From the NCBI GenBank assembly GCA_030704615.1, contig CM060733.1:7688001-7752000 (forward strand): a stretch of 64,000 nucleotides of DNA, written 5' to 3'. The translations under genes were made by a program, and so were the position numbers. Below the pieces are notes generated by a model. It was not told where the DNA came from, did no database searches, and saw nothing but the letters and a program-made list of their open reading frames with translations. The DNA is from Takakia lepidozioides. Lineage: Eukaryota; Plantae; Bryophyta. Positions 24,064 through 35,835 of the stretch are shown piece after piece; position 1 is the first letter of the stretch, and each line of letters opens with the position of its first letter.

Positions 24064-27000
24064 ATGGAGGATGCTTGTGAAAAAGGTGGAGCGGACTGGT
24101 TGGATTTTGTGCACCAAACCAGACTGAAGAAGGAGCGAAGGTACTGGTACTCACCAGATGAGTTTGATCATAAAATAGTGGAAGCATTTGTAGACCTTCG
24201 CGCCCGGAAGCCCAAAAACTCGAATTGGCAAAAGGACAAGCTCTTCTGTCCCTTCTGTGAAGAGGTAATCAAGGACAAAATCCAACTAAATCGGCATTGT
24301 GTTGACACGGGTTGCAAGGAGGCTGTTGCAATGATTCCACGGGATTTCAAGCCTTGGCCGATACTGAAAGAAATGTCGATTGTCAAATAGGCCACAATGC
24401 GCTTGCGCGGATCAGTGCTTGACCCCCGCACTTTGGAATTAGACGAAGTGCGCGCACGGTATGGCGTCCATTGTGGTGGCCCGTCAATGGAGGATTTGCA
24501 AGTGCAGGAAACGCTGGACGCTCCCAGAAAACGTAAACTGAGTGATGGGGCCCAAAAAAAGGAGAGGCAAAAAAAGGAGAAGGCTGCAAGGTCTGCTCGC
24601 GAGGCAAGGGCAAAATCCACGCAACAGACTGAACCCCGTCCTGGGCGGCAGACCCACACCATCAGTACTGATACTGAAAGTGAATCTGCTCAGGGCCTGG
24701 AAGGGGTGACAAGTCCAGTGGACATTGACTTGCCTGACCAGACTCGGCAGCAGACTCACACAAATATCGCGATCCATGCCATCGGCTTAGGGTCAAAACC
24801 AAAAACTCAACAGAGCACTGAAGGGCCAGTCTGCCCTGGCACATTGCGCCTCGTTGACTTTGGGCTTTTCCCACCAGAGTGCCCACCAATTGGGGATCCA
24901 GACTTCTTCCGTTATTTCTACAGAGTTGCCTAGTCAGGTCTGCTACGCACATTAATCCGACAGGCGGAACAGAACTGGTTGAACAGCTTTGAAGATGAAG
25001 ATGACGATGATGAAGTAGAGGAGGTAATGGTCAATCTGACCGCCCAGTCTGTTCTTTGTGCTGTTTGAGTCCATCATCGGGGTCACGTTGCCTATTCAGT
25101 CTGGTCAGTCCCCTGCGTTCTCTCCTCAGTCCGCTGGCTCAGTCCGCTCGTCAGTTAGTCTGTTTTATATCGCTGCATTACTTACTGAGTCCGTTTGTCA
25201 GTCCGCTGGTCCAGTCCAATAGTATAGTCTACTAGTTGCCTCCACCCTACGTACGCACGTTACAGTCTGCTGGTCTGTGAGTCCAGTCCGCTGCATGAGG
25301 TGAATATAGAGTCCACGTCTATGTTCGTGACGTCGAAGTTCTCTGCCGTGTACCAGGATGAACGTGTTTCTATTCGTAGGGCCATTCAAGCTTGGCGGAA
25401 ACCTAGCAATGATGCTCCTTTACAAGCGACTTCAGTGCGTGCGGAAGTGGACCGCGTGCGAGAGTACATATTATTGAAGTATCCTGGGTCATCTGCTGCT
25501 ATAGCGACATTACATATTGAAGACGCGTCGGGGGGGAATGCGTCTGGGACAGCCGAGTCTGCCATCCAGCAGACTCCCATTCAGCAGGCCGTCATCCAGC
25601 AGACTCCCGTTCAGCAGCCTGTCATCCAGCAGACTCCAAGAGAGCAGACTCCCAACGAGCAGCCTGTCATCCTACAGACTCCTCTCTAGGAGCCCATCAT
25701 GCAGCCCATGCCAATGGGAAGTCATGTCATCCAACAGATTGTGGACCAGCAGACTGTCTTTATCTCACATAGCACGGCGCTTTTTGCAGTTTGGCGATCG
25801 CCATCACCAGTAATTCGCCCCGGAGCTGAAGACCTCACACTTCCCCGGCTTAGGGTAGGAGAAATTAATCCCCATTTGGATTGGCATAATGAGCTCCACC
25901 GGATCGTTGCGGACCGCCGGTGGTCATTTGTACCCTTTCATTATTCCATGGAGTTTTCTATTGAGGAAGCCAACCATGTTCTAGAAGCCGCCTCTGCTAT
26001 TGCCATTGAAGCCACAAACGACCAAAATGCGCTGCCTCTACTTGTGCAGCTGATTCTCATGGATGACCCATGACCTGAAGACCTCAGACATATGCCTATG
26101 GCACATCCAATTTTTGGGGTGCGAAGAAAGCACTTGTTCGGATTGACTGAGGAGGACTTTGAGCGCATGGCAACTTCCTTCCTACAACACAGATGGATGC
26201 AATTTGGCAATTTCCGCTCATACAACAAGTTGATGAAGGATCTGCATAGTTTGAGGATGGACTTACTCCATGGAACAGACCATTCACATAAGTTTGTGGT
26301 GGATGAGGCATTGCACTGGTTTGCATTGGTGATGGAGCGAGCAGTATTCGACATTGTTTTGCAGAATCCCAATGTTTTCAAAGTCCTGTGGTGTGGGATC
26401 CCAACTGAAGACCGCATCGGCGCCATTGCTCATCTCGATGGAGCATGCCTGTGCCGGCAAATCAAGGACATTGGCCTCGTCGGAAATCTCTTGGAAGGTA
26501 AAATGTTATGGGCAACTTTCGTGTTTCAGCTCAATTTCTTTTGCCAATTTTTTTACAAGTTCACATTTGCATAAACATGTGTTGCAGGGCGAGTTGATTT
26601 GGGAGACAAGCAAGTGCAGGCTGCTTTCGACTCTTTTGCCAGAGGTGCAAGGGACCTTGTTCTGGCTTTACAAGGAGTTCGGGAGACTGTCCAGCAGACT
26701 GGCCACAAGAATGTCAAACAACATATTCCCCACGACACATGTGGGCAGACTGCCCAAGTGCTGGAGACCGAGCATGTGCACCAGACCGTCCCGGGTAATA
26801 GGCCGGATCACTCCCAGCAGACTGCCCCGCACACACATACTCAGTATGTGCAAACAGTACTGAGCGGGCAACGAACTTTGCAGACTTTGCAGCAGACCGG
26901 AGAACAGGCCGGCCAACAGACTGCCTCTCATCCGACTGTGCAGCAGACCAGCGAACATTGCCACCAAACTGCCCCTCAGCAAACTGTACAGCAGACCGAC

Positions 27001-28888
27001 AAATCCAGCCTGCAGATTGCCCCTCAGCAGACCGTGTAGCAGATTGACAAATCCAGCCAGCAGATTGCCCCTCAGCAGACTGTGCAGCACACTGGCAAAC
27101 CTACTCAGCAGATGGCCGAGCAAACTATCCAGGAGACTAACAGCCAGTCTGTTCCCTGGATTGTGCAACAGACTCGGATGCACTGGCCTCACCGGGACCC
27201 TGTGGACGAATTTCTGTTGAGTTCCCAACAACATGTTTTTGGATCTGCCAGTATGAGTGTTTTGACCGAGTCCACTTTTCCCCCAGGCACATTCACTGAC
27301 AACGTCATCAGGTCACCGGTAAAGCATTCTTATCCAGCTCCCCGTGGCCTGCCTTCTATGACCTTCCAGGTTAGTCCGGTTTTCGTGCGCTCAGTGGCGA
27401 AAGCCATAGATGAGTCCTACGTGATGACCGAACTCAATCTGGGAACGCAAAACCGTATCATAGATCTTACAGAAGAGTCTGAGGAAGCAATTGCCGGTGG
27501 GTCTTCCATACATGTTCTTGATGTTTCCCAAGTCCATGGAGATCCGAACACCCAGCCGGCTGTCCACCAGACTGACCAGCATACTGAACAGTGGACACAT
27601 GGAAGGACTGCCGAGCAACGTGTGGCGGGGCAGCATACTGTCTTCATTGATGAGCAGACTGAACCGCAGACTAACCAGCAGACTGCACATGTCACAGATG
27701 GAAGGACTGACCAGGATGGCTCGGAGTGGCAGACTGCACAGCTCAGCTCTGACTGCACAATTCAGATTGCACGGCCTGACCAGCACACTGCACACTTCAC
27801 AGAGGGAAGGACTGACAACCAACCTGCCACCGAGCACATTGCCCACATTGAGGAAGAGACTGAACCGCAGAGTTGCCAACAGACTGCACAGTTCACAGAC
27901 GAAGAACCGGCGGCCGAGCAGACTGCCCACATTGAGCAACAGACTGAACATGCTGGCAGGCACACTAACAAGGAACCACATGCGGCGCAGATACCGTCTG
28001 GTATAGCGCTGGATTACATGGAATCTGCTCCCTCACCCCTTGGGCAGGTTGTACCATTTCATCTTTCAGCACTGTTGTTTATGTTTTAGCACAATGTGAA
28101 ATTGGACTAATTCGACATTTTGCTCGGTATCCTCACAGGATGTTCGTCCCTCCGTCGGTAGACTGTCTACTTCTGAGGACATGACATCTTCCGCCCATGC
28201 TGCAAATGTGGGATCGACAGCCAAGAAAGGTGTGGGGGTAAGCACGCCCCTCGATGCGCGGGTCAGTTCTACGCATGCGACCCACGAAGCTGCAAAGACA
28301 GGTCCAGCAAGTGTAAACAAACCTGCTGACCAGCCTCTGTTGCGAAGTAGGGCGGCAGCGCTGCGTTTGTCTGCTCTATCCAGCCCGCCTACAGCTGTCC
28401 CTGCTTCCCAGGGGAGAGGCAAAGCCAAGAAGCGGACTGTCGTGGACCATGCTGAGGAGGTCGAGGAGGGTCCGAGTACCAAGAGATCGACGAAGAAAAA
28501 GTCTGGCGTCTTTATGAACAAGAACCGCAAGCTGGCCTTGGACATGGACAAAGATGTGGGTCGTTTCCTGGAGCAGCACAGGTGAGTATTGTGCTCAGTC
28601 TCCTTGTCTGTCTTTGTCGTTAAGTGCTTTGCGCTCTGTTGTGGTCAGTCTACATGCTGGTCAGTCTGCTGCTGGTTTCATCATTGTCTGTTGTGGTTAG
28701 TCTTGTCAGTCTGATGAATTGTTCAGCTTGTAGAGTGTTTGGTACCATGTTGACGTCAATCTGTTCAGTACATGAGGCTTCCCGAAGGATGGTCTGCTCT
28801 GTGCAGGATGGGTGCTCGGTTTGGCAAAGCACATGCTCTGCACGTGAAGGCAGGTAATTCCATGCTGATGTTTTTTGAAGGGGACCCA
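24064..28888 (+). pseudogene. MULE-B second (accessory) gene, 5' part; unknown function, Zn-finger-like motif and Q/T-rich repeats
   Basis: Collinear ORFs 23980/24397/25300/25699/26092/26599/27082/28181 separated by single TAG/TGA stops or introns. CPFC...LNRHC...C motif. Donor AG|gtgagt at 28581, acceptor at 28880. Confidence 0.7.
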
Positions 28889-30129
28889 CGGTTGATCCGG
28901 TGACCGCTGTAAACTTGTTGAAGGATATGGAAGACCTCATGTACTGTAGAGGGGGACCACGCAACGAGAAAAGAGCGCTTCGGTGGGTTGCAAGGAGAAT
29001 CCGTCGTATGAGGTCAAAATACCCAAAAGGACATGAATTTCTTGACTATATCGAACAGTACTGGAAGCCCAAAATAGCAATGTGGTGTACAGCAGCCCGC
29101 AATGTCCCTCATGCGAGCCAAGACACAAACGCAAGCATTGAGGCATACCATGGAAATCTGAAGGCAAGACTTGCCATGGGGAAATGCAAGATGAGTGGTC
29201 GTAGAGTGGACTGGCTTATATGGGAACTCATTGGCCGTGTGCTAACACACTACTGGTACGCAATCCATTTGAAGACCCACGGGTTCATAAGAAATGACAA
29301 ACACGAAAAGTACATATCCAGTTCTATACTTGCGGCACGAGACATTCATGCTAAGAGTGTTACTCTTCCCTTAGGTCATGGTGAACCAGCCTACGTTCTC
29401 AGCAGCAACCACCCCGACACAACATACATTGTTTACAATCCTGATTGCGATTGGGGTTGTTGCACGTGCCCATGGGCAATGAAGGGAAACTTATGCAAGC
29501 ATCAGGTCCGTGTCCTGAAGATGTTTCACCCTGACCTGCAGGATGGCCTCCTTGTGCGCGCTTGTGGCATGGCGCTGGGAACCATTCATGGATGATTACC
29601 TAACTTGCTCTTGGGCAATGGTGCTGGCGACATCGACGAATCCAATCAGTTCATGGAAAGACATCCTCCGGACGACTTCCCCTACGACGAGGCACCTCTG
29701 CAGGTCTCAGCCTCATTGGAACAAGAATTCGCGGACATACTTCGCATTGTAGGTGATGACAAATACCTGGAGGCACATGCCCGATCTGCTCTTCATATGT
29801 GCAGAGGGCAGCTCGTTGATATCCTGGCGAAAAGTGCGGCTGGAATGTTGCACCCTGCGGCAGCGAAGGCTTTCCGTCCTCTGAACGACAACAACAACAT
29901 GTCTCTGAAAATGAGACGAGATTTCGTGGAGGCCTGGAAAACCCGGCCTAGGGTTTTGCGGAGAACCAGCAAGAGGGTGTCTGCACCTGCACCTGCAGCA
30001 CATATATACTCGAAAATTTGCAAGGTTTCAGGTCGTGTAGATGTCACGAAGAAGACAATATATGTCTGCAATGCCTCGAAAACAGACAAGGTTTCACGTC
30101 GTGTAGGTGTCACGGAGAAGACAATATAA
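28889..30129 (+). pseudogene. MULE-B transposase, C-terminal half (catalytic Glu and SWIM finger)
   Basis: VDPVTAVNLLKDMEDLMY...FLDYIEQYWKPKIAMW...QDTNASIEAYHGNLK...RRVDWLIWEL...CCTCPWAMKGNLCKH; one internal stop at 29593. Confidence 0.9.
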
Positions 30130-30272
30130 GTCTGCAATTCCTCGAAAAGAGACAAGGTTTCATGTCGTGTAGGTGTCACGAAGAAGACAATATAAGTCTG
30201 CAATTCCTCGAAAAGAGACAAGGTGACATGTCGTGTAGGTGTCATGAAGAAGACAATATAAGTCTGCAATTT
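30020..30272. repeat. ~60-bp tandem repeat, about 4 copies
   Basis: caaggtttca.gtcgtgtag.tgtcacg.agaagacaatata.gtctgcaat..ctcgaaaa.aga repeated. Confidence 0.92.
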
Positions 30273-30767
30273 CTTCTGGTAGCATTGTCCCTTTCTGAAA
30301 TACAAGTCCGCAATGGACTAATGCACAGTCTCCCAACGGACTCCTCCAGTCTCCCAACTGACTCCCACACAGTCTCCCAAGCATAGTCTCCCAACGGACT
30401 CACACACAGTCTCCCAACAGAGTCACAGTCAACAGATTGCGAGCGCCAGTAAGCCAGTCTGCTGGTCAGTCTGCTCACCACACTTCCACCTCATCCCTGC
30501 AACTTATGCCAATCCAGCGTCCCAGTGGACTCATGGACATGGTGCCTCCCAGACTAGGTACCAGACCCAGCAGTCCTAGCCTCGGCAGCGTACTGCTCGC
30601 ACATTCAAGCTCAGCAGACTCGGGTGCACAGTGCATGGAAAAATTGACACCATTGTGTCCATTGAGTTTAGTGACAACTTTACAAAACATGCCAAATCGA
30701 TACTTGCAAGCCCCACAGGCTTACAAACACTTACCCATTTCATTCTGTGCCAACCATACCTTCATGC
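30242..30767 (-). pseudogene. Probable 3' end of the MULE-B accessory gene (inside the inverted segment)
   Basis: SMKVWLAQNEM G|gtaagt (donor at 30735) and candidate last exon 30294-30242 (ERDNATRRNCRLILSSS*); not transposase-like. Confidence 0.5.
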
Positions 30768-32950
30768 TCTTCTTGCATGATTGCTTCACCCATGCCTTGC
30801 GGACATGCCAAAGGCAGAGGAAAATGAGTACTCCTTCAAAAACAATTCTGCACAACACACATGGTACACATTAGAGTCTTGGGATCGGATTGCAATGGTG
30901 GACTGCCGGAGTGGACTGTAACAGCGACCTGTATCAGCGGGCAGAGCCACTGGACTCGCCCAGTGGACAGTACAATGCCATGACGTTGATGTGTTGGAAT
31001 AACCCCATTGGACTACCCAGTGGACTTCCCCATTGGACTTCCCCTAGCTAGGACTGGGGCAGCGGACTGCCCCAGGGACTGCCGAGTGGACTTGGCAGCG
31101 GACGGCCGACCCCAGTGACTTGGCAGCGGACTTGGCAGCGGAGTGCCGAGCGGACTGCCAGCGGACTTGCCAGGGGACTGATGACCGGACTTGACAGCGG
31201 ACTTCCAGTGGATTTGCCCAGCGAACTGCCATCGGGTTTTGCCACAGGAGTCTACCAGTGGACTATAGCAATGGACTGCTGCAGTGGACTTCGACAATGG
31301 ACCGGTGCTGTGGACCAACAAACTTACCGAATAGCATTGATTTCTGCTTCGGCATCGTCCACAATGAAGGCATTGGGTCGCCAGCTCGGCAAATGTGCGA
31401 GGAGTGAATCGCGCAAGGCTCTCATCCACGGAACCAGGTCTCTTGTCCGATTCCTCGCGGATAGGATATAGGCAACTGTTATACCGTTCAACCACTCGTC
31501 GAAGACCATCAACGTGTACAATGGGAACTGTTGGAATGCACAATGTAAGATGGTCAGAGCATGCAAATTCCGTTCAGTTCTGCGCGAGAAGACTTCATAA
31601 GAGTGATGAGGTCTGTAGCGGTTCACAATGGGTCTGCCTCTCGGTCTTCCGCAACGTACACAACCCTAAACATACAGAAAGGGTCAGCACACCAAATATT
31701 ATGTGAATGTTGCATGGTACTATGCTATCATGCTCGTACAAGTCCATGGAATCGTTCGAATAGTACCTTGTCATGATTTGTCCCAAAGGTTGCATCACAT
31801 GCAACGATACGGTCATGTCCTAGCTCCAGCATTCGTCGTTTCTGCCACGGAGTCTGTATGCCAATAGTGAATGTCAAATCTCCATCAAAATGCTCGAATG
31901 TTGGCTCTAATTTCTCCTCTTGATAGAAAAAAACGGACGCAGGATTCTGGTCTCTCCACATGCGCACACTCTCTGCATCATCGGCGTGCTTTTTGAAGGT
32001 TTGCCACGCACGTTTCTCGGCAAGGTTGCGAACATCTTGCTCCAACAAGAAATCATCGCGGGTCCATGCATCGCCCAAGCCGGTGTTGTTCATCACGTGC
32101 TCTTTATGCTCCATCATGATTTGGGCGACCGACAGGCCTCGGCACAAACACTCGACGACCCAGGCTTTCAATTCCTCGCTAATGTGTGGTGCATAGGCGT
32201 GGCGGGTGTTCCTGAACTCTGCGGACTTCCCATGCGAGGGTTTCCCTTGCGCATCTGTATGCTCCATGTTGTTGTAGTACGTGAGGACACAGATGTCAGG
32301 GGCGAGATAGCATTGCTGGACCTTGAAACAACATTGGCAACCACGTTTGTAAGACTCTCCATACTCCGACTTCTTTCTCCTTGGGCCTTTATGAGGGCAA
32401 GATGTTCCAGCACCCACAAGAGGTCCTCCACGCTTCTGTTTTGGATCCTCCACTATTGCCTTGTTGGTGCGCTTGTCATCACGACCGTAGCAGCATTGAT
32501 ACCTGGACAAAAAATTCTAAAATCGATATCCAACGATTTGAGGAAGCATAAAATCAGAGAACTCGTGAAACAAAAAATGACAACAGACATGCAATGAAAC
32601 GTCAAAATGACTGAGGATGGTGCACACATAATACTGGACATAAATGTGTTGGCTCTGGGTGCTTTTCGCGAGCCGGGTTCCACTTTAGAATGGACATTCA
32701 CCCAAAACTGAGTGGGGTAGTCCTCCAAACTCTCCTCTCCCAGGACGAAGTCACCAACTCTATCCCAAGGTATGCAGGCCTTTTCAACATTCACTCGCAC
32801 ACCCATAAACCCATATTGTGTCTCACTCTTCCAATGGAGATCCTTCCTGTTGAAGGGTCCTGGTTTTGTTGTTTGCAAACATTGTCGAAGAGGCCGTATA
32901 AGCGGGCTTTCCGTGATCAGTATATCATCGGGTTTTGCTTCCACGTCCAT
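30768..32950 (-). pseudogene. MULE-B transposase, N-terminal half (Zn finger, first two catalytic Asp, CxxH)
   Basis: In-phase exons 32950-32628, ~32502-31767, ~31527-31328 and 30847-30768: KRGCQCCF...H, VACDATFGTN, FIVDDAEAE, LCLWHVRKAW. Resembles, from memory, the plant SWIM-finger/MULE-derived family of Arabidopsis At1g60560/At4g13970. Confidence 0.9.
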
Positions 32951-34889
32951 GCCCTATACAGTACAAAGGACACGCTTCTGAACATGCAAGAAACGCGCCG
33001 CAGTACAAGACACGATCGACAACGTGCCAGGAGAACAGTGCACACGTTCGCGGCTGCTGGCAAGTGGCAGGCGGCAGGGATGCAGGTTTGAATTGCAGCC
33101 CTAAAAATGGAGGGCTCGGATGGGTTATGGGAATGGACGGTGGCGATCCTGCGCCGTCATCGGACTGGCGGACTGGCAGACTGCTGGGCAGCGGACTGGA
33201 GGGCAGCGGACTCATGGGCGGGGGACTGGCCGCGCGGCGGACGGGGACGCGGGCGCGGTTGCTGCAGCCGTGCCCGCGGCTGGGTGACCGTGCGCAGCGG
33301 CGGGCGGGGTGGGCGGGGTGCTGGGGAGCCGGGCGTCCGTGCGGGGGGCCCACCGGCCATATCGCACGTGCCCATTGAAGACCCTATTATCTTAAAATGA
33401 GAGGCCTGTTTGGAGGCTCACACCACAACAATACTGGTATCAACAACAATCTCATCATACCAGCCTAGCTGGGTATGGTATATACCGCAATATGGAGCGA
33501 GGTATGTATTGCCCGGGGTATTGGCCACCGTACCTACCAGCCATGTATGGTCTTACCCACCCATGTTGATGTCAATATTGATACCCGGGTTGGACCTATA
33601 TACCGGGCCAACACTTTGCTACCATAGATAGTTCGCAGCTTCTAATCATCTCCTTACAATCCTCCTCTAGGCAAAGGCTTCTTCTAGCTGAAGCCTCTTA
33701 TGCTGTTTACTGTTCAGCTCTCCACCTAGATATTCTGTCTGTGTCCAGGCCCGTCACTTGGGTTCATCCCTGCTTCTTGAATTTTCGCTTGGTTCTCATT
33801 GTTCATGCGTTACTGCTCTTCGGATTATCTGTCACGGCCTCATGTGTTTGGGCCTTATGGTGGCTTTCAATCGGGTCTATAAGGGTTTTAATCTTTTTCC
33901 CTTCAATAATCTTAATAAAGCTCTCTACTCCTCTTTCATTAAAAAAAAAGAAAAGATCTGTAGATATGTGATAATTACACATCAATAAAATCATATTGAA
34001 AATGACATGACCCCCCCCCCCCCCCCCCCCCCCCCCCTTAAAGGTTATTTTTTCCAGCCTGTTCTCAATTCCCATAAATAAAATTCCAGGGCCCTGTCCC
34101 CTGTTCTGTAAAAAAAGAAAAAAAGAAAAAAAAAGAATATCAACACCGTTATATTCCCAAAATATTTTACTGCAAAAAGACAAAACAACGCATAAAATGG
34201 AGAATCCTAGGAGTAACGGATGAAGTTAATGCATGCGTGTGCTCTGTGCTCTCTTGAGAGTGATATGGAACTGAAAGGAGTATAATTTCAGTCTGGGTGA
34301 TATTAGGACGTTACACACAGGGAGTGTAAACTCAAGTTGGGGTTACACGGTGGGGAGTGTAACTCATCTTGGGGTTACATGGCGAGAAGTGTACTTCCGA
34401 CAACTCGGTGTAATTCACACTCCGTCTCAAAATTTGACTAAGTCCAAATTTGGCTAAGTATATTGGACTAAGAGGAGTTACACACTACAAAGGGGTGACC
34501 ATAGAAGCCAAGGGTGACATTACCACCCATCAAAAAATCAAAGCTTCCACCTCATCGCCTCCATTACCATCATCACCATTCAACAATCCCTCTATTCTAA
34601 ATTGTTTAATAATGAATCCGGGATAATACAAGATAGAGAAGATTTGACAGGGGCATGCCAAAGGAGCCCACGCCGCCTAAATCCCTTGAAACTACCATCG
34701 GATCATATGCATGCCTTACTTTTTTACAAACTTCCCATTTTTTTTCTTGCATAAATTATATTTATAATAAAATTATCTTTGTTCTCATAAGTCGTCACTA
34801 GTAGTACAACACGTAGCGTTAGTTAGAATTAAAATTCCAACTGAGTGACTCTCTCTAAGAGTAATTAGAAAACGATATCTCGGTATAAG

Positions 34890-34963
34890 GGCCTTTTAGC
34901 TCAGTTGGTTAGAGCGTCGTGCTAATAACGCGAAGGTCGCAGGTTCGAAACCTGCATGGGCCA
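34890..34963 (+). tRNA. trnI-AAU: tRNA-Ile (anticodon AAT)
   Basis: GGCCTTTTAGCTCAGTTGGTTAGAGCGTCGTGCTAATAACGCGAAGGTCGCAGGTTCGAAACCTGCATGGGCCA: cloverleaf, A and B boxes, AAT anticodon; one U-U mismatch in the acceptor stem. Confidence 0.93.
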
Positions 34964-35135
34964 CTCGCTTTCACATATGACTTTTCTCCATGGTGTCGGG
35001 TTGGATTGAACTTGTTTTACGTATCAACTTTTTGCTCTTTCTCCCACAAGTCTCCGATTTATACACAGGGTGATCTAACCAATAAGTATCCCCAGTTAAC
35101 CCTGTGCATTCTTCCAAATTCTGGAGACGTGCGCA

Positions 35136-35835
35136 TGGCGAATTCTGATCCTGCATTTGAGGCAGAGGCCACAGGCAATCAAAATTTGCCACACCCCTGC
35201 AGATGCAATCAGACGTGGTCTGAAAAATTGACCGAGTTTACAGAAGAGCAACCACTGGAACATGAGAATAATGGCCTTTCAGCAGGTATCAGCATGATCT
35301 GACATGTCTGATTCAAGCAGAGATGCAGCTCTTTCTATCACTTTGTACCATATATATACATTGTTCGGTTACTCGGATTTCTTCAGCTCTTAACCTCTTT
35401 CTAAAATTATTCTTCTTCCTTCTTCTGTGTTTGGTGTTTTTGGAGGTTTTGAGTATTGGCTTCGTGCAGAGAGCCATTGAGGCCATCAAGCCCTCAGTCG
35501 GTCTAAGAACTCTCAGGCGAGTAAGTGGTTAGTTTTGCCAATCACTTTTTGACTGTGTTTGTCCTGTCCTCCTCGAGCTCATGCTTGTACTTTCTGTCAA
35601 CCCTTCTGTCATTGTTATAGTATTTCAGGGTTCACTAGTAATTCACATGAGTTCATTTGCTTCATTTGTTGGGGAAATTCTTAACAACACCTTTAGTGGG
35701 TTTTCAGGTTGCAAACTAACAGTTGTAAGAATGTTTCTGATCATTGAAATCACTTGCTTGGATTATCAACAGAAAAAACTCATGAAAAAGCTGGTCGCTG
35801 TGCGAAGAGATGGTACAGTGGAGTTTGATGTAGTC
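35136..35835 (+). pseudogene. Possible truncated fragment of a sterol 3-beta-glucosyltransferase (UGT80-like) N-terminus
   Basis: QKKLMKKLVAVRRDGTVEFDV resembles the plant UGT80 N-terminal 'IATV..DGTVEFEV' motif; no catalytic domain follows. Confidence 0.35.

Larger units (their letters stand above)
21723..33405. mobile_element. MULE-B: Mutator-like transposon with ~310-350-bp GC-rich TIRs, SWIM-type transposase and a second gene, internally inverted
   Basis: TIRs GCCTCTCATTTTAAGATAATAGGGTCTTCAATGGGCAC... (21723-~22068) and reverse complement (~33093-33405); perfect 9-bp TSD CTGTTTGGA (21714-21722, 33406-33414). Confidence 0.96.
21326..33616. mobile_element. Degenerate hAT-like MITE interrupted by MULE-B
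   Basis: CAGTGTTGGACTGGTAT (21326) vs ATACCGGGCCAACACTT (ends ~33616); GGTAT/ATACC motifs on both flanks of MULE-B; TSD degraded. Confidence 0.55.

Noticed and set aside
28860-30850. Spliceosomal trans-splicing to join the opposite-strand transposase halves
   Set aside because: Homology places the join mid-exon. The available donors (phase 1 at 30735, phase 0 at 30760) do not match the phase-2 acceptor at 28880, and MULE-A has no splice sites at its junction.
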